A stretch of DNA of 64,000 nt, taken from Candidatus Saccharibacteria bacterium CPR2 (GTDB taxonomy: Bacteria > Patescibacteriota > Saccharimonadia > Saccharimonadales > QWHN01). Made by a program: the position numbers and the translations under genes. Location of the stretch: assembly GCA_021404905.1 (NCBI GenBank), contig QWHN01000002.1:77582-141581 (forward strand), written 5' to 3'. This document shows, one piece after another, positions 63,223 to 64,000 of the stretch. A model generated the notes under the pieces. That model had not been told where the DNA came from. It made no database searches and worked only from the letters and a program-made list of their open reading frames with translations. Numbering within the stretch: the first letter of the stretch is position 1; each line of letters opens with the position of its first letter.

Positions 63223-64000
63223 TCATTTAAGAACATCTTGATAGGCTTTAAGTATCTTCGGCCCCACCGTGTTTATGTCGTATTTTTTTAGAATTAGCGG
63301 CAAAGAATTGTTTAGGTCGTTAATATCCTTATCATTCTCTAGTAGATTTGCAATTTTTTCGGCAAAATTAGCAATATTGCGCGGATCAACCAAGATGCGC
63401 TCGTCATTTTCTAAAACCTCGCTATATCCCGGATTATTGCCGCCAATGATGATTGAACCAGCAGCGATAGCCTCAAGCAAAACTATACCAAAGCTTTCCC
63501 CGTGTAGTGATGGAAATACGCATATATCAGCATCAGCCAATATTTCCGGCTTCTTCTTTTCATCAACGTAACCTAGAAACGCCACATCTTTTCCAAGTTT
63601 ATATTGTTTGACGAGATCACGGGCATACACCTCTCTGGGGCCTGTACCTGCAATCACAAGCCGTAGATTTTGATAATGGCCCTGGCGCTTTAAATAACTA
63701 AACGCGTGTATTAAATACTCACAGCCCTTGCGCTCTACAAGCCTGCCCAAAAATACAATTTTATTCTTTTTTTTCTGCTTATTTTTTACGTTTTTTACTC
63801 GAAATTTGGATACATCAACCGCGTTTGGAATAATTTCCCCGGTAACATTTTTAAAGTAATTCCCGGCAAAATTTTTGGCGGCATTTGAAACAAAAATATG
63901 CTTGTCAATAAGCGATTGCTGCTTTCTTTGTGATGCTCCTAAAATTTGCGTGCCGATTTTATCTATCCAACCGGCTCCGACAATATGGAATGTGCTTACA
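63223..64000 (-). CDS. glycosyltransferase family 4 (N-terminus beyond window edge)
   Basis: The frame stays open to nt 63999 (hand translation ...GEIIPNAVDVSKF...NKIVFLGRLVERKG). EX7E region FPSLHGESFGIVLLEAIAAG. Confidence 0.85.
   Translation of the reverse strand, partial: VSTFHIVGAGWIDKIGTQILGASQRKQQSLIDKHIFVSNAAKNFAGNYFKNVTGEIIPNAVDVSKFRVKNVKNKQKKKNKIVFLGRLVERKGCEYLIHAFSYLKRQGHYQNLRLVIAGTGPREVYARDLVKQYKLGKDVAFLGYVDEKKKPEILADADICVFPSLHGESFGIVLLEAIAAGSIIIGGNNPGYSEVLENDERILVDPRNIANFAEKIANLLENDKDINDLNNSLPLILKKYDINTVGPKILKAYQDVLK

Noticed and set aside
1-64000. Alternative genetic code (UGA as a sense codon, as in some CPR lineages).
   Set aside because: TGA terminates well-conserved genes at their expected ends (rpoC 6357-6359, fusA, secY, trpS, dcd). 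No conserved ORF needs TGA read-through.

Overview
This is a 64-kb window from a compact, AT-leaning bacterial genome that uses the standard genetic code: TGA, TAA and TAG all terminate recognisable genes. About two thirds is core information-processing backbone. It holds rpoB (5'-truncated)-rpoC, rpsL-rpsG-fusA-tuf, an S10/spc/alpha ribosomal superoperon (rpsJ to rplQ, then rplM-rpsI), secE-nusG-rplK-rplA, rplJ-rplL, dnaX, dnaB, ybaB-recR, trpS and cysS. There are four tRNAs: Thr-UGU, Tyr-GUA, Thr-GGU and Trp-CCA.

Several traits fit a reduced CPR/Patescibacteria (Saccharibacteria-like) genome, but this is inference only because there is no rRNA in the window:
- rpmD (L30) is missing between rpsE and rplO.
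- adk and map are missing after secY.
- L36, L33 and S14 are cysteine-free.
- Several r-proteins carry K/E-rich extensions.
- Overlapping and abutting genes are frequent.

The backbone is interrupted by accessory blocks:
- A membrane-peptide plus secreted HExxH metalloprotease cassette sits between rpsJ and rplC.
- A nucleoside-salvage pair is bounded by tRNAs.
- A GT4-GH57-GH15 alpha-glucan operon lies on the opposite strand, together with tRNA-Trp.
- A P-loop kinase, a YgjP-like hydrolase, an orphan histidine kinase and a membrane GT2 follow.
- An 8-kb block splits rplA from rplJ. It holds a P-loop kinase, dcd and an apparent tmk::thyX fusion, then an uncharacterised 413-aa gene with a VanX-like dipeptidase and an Asp/Glu racemase, then a GGDEF cyclase trailed by a second, in-frame GGDEF tail remnant.

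There is no CRISPR array, integrase, transposase or recognisable defence or toxin system. The most unexplained items are:
- the 413-aa-led D-amino-acid-type operon;
- the rpsJ/rplC insertion;
- the tmk::thyX module;
- a roughly 240-bp heptad/inverted-repeat region next to tRNA-Trp;
- a promoter-to-terminator mini-transcript upstream of trpS;
- a recurrent leaderless-gene promoter geometry.
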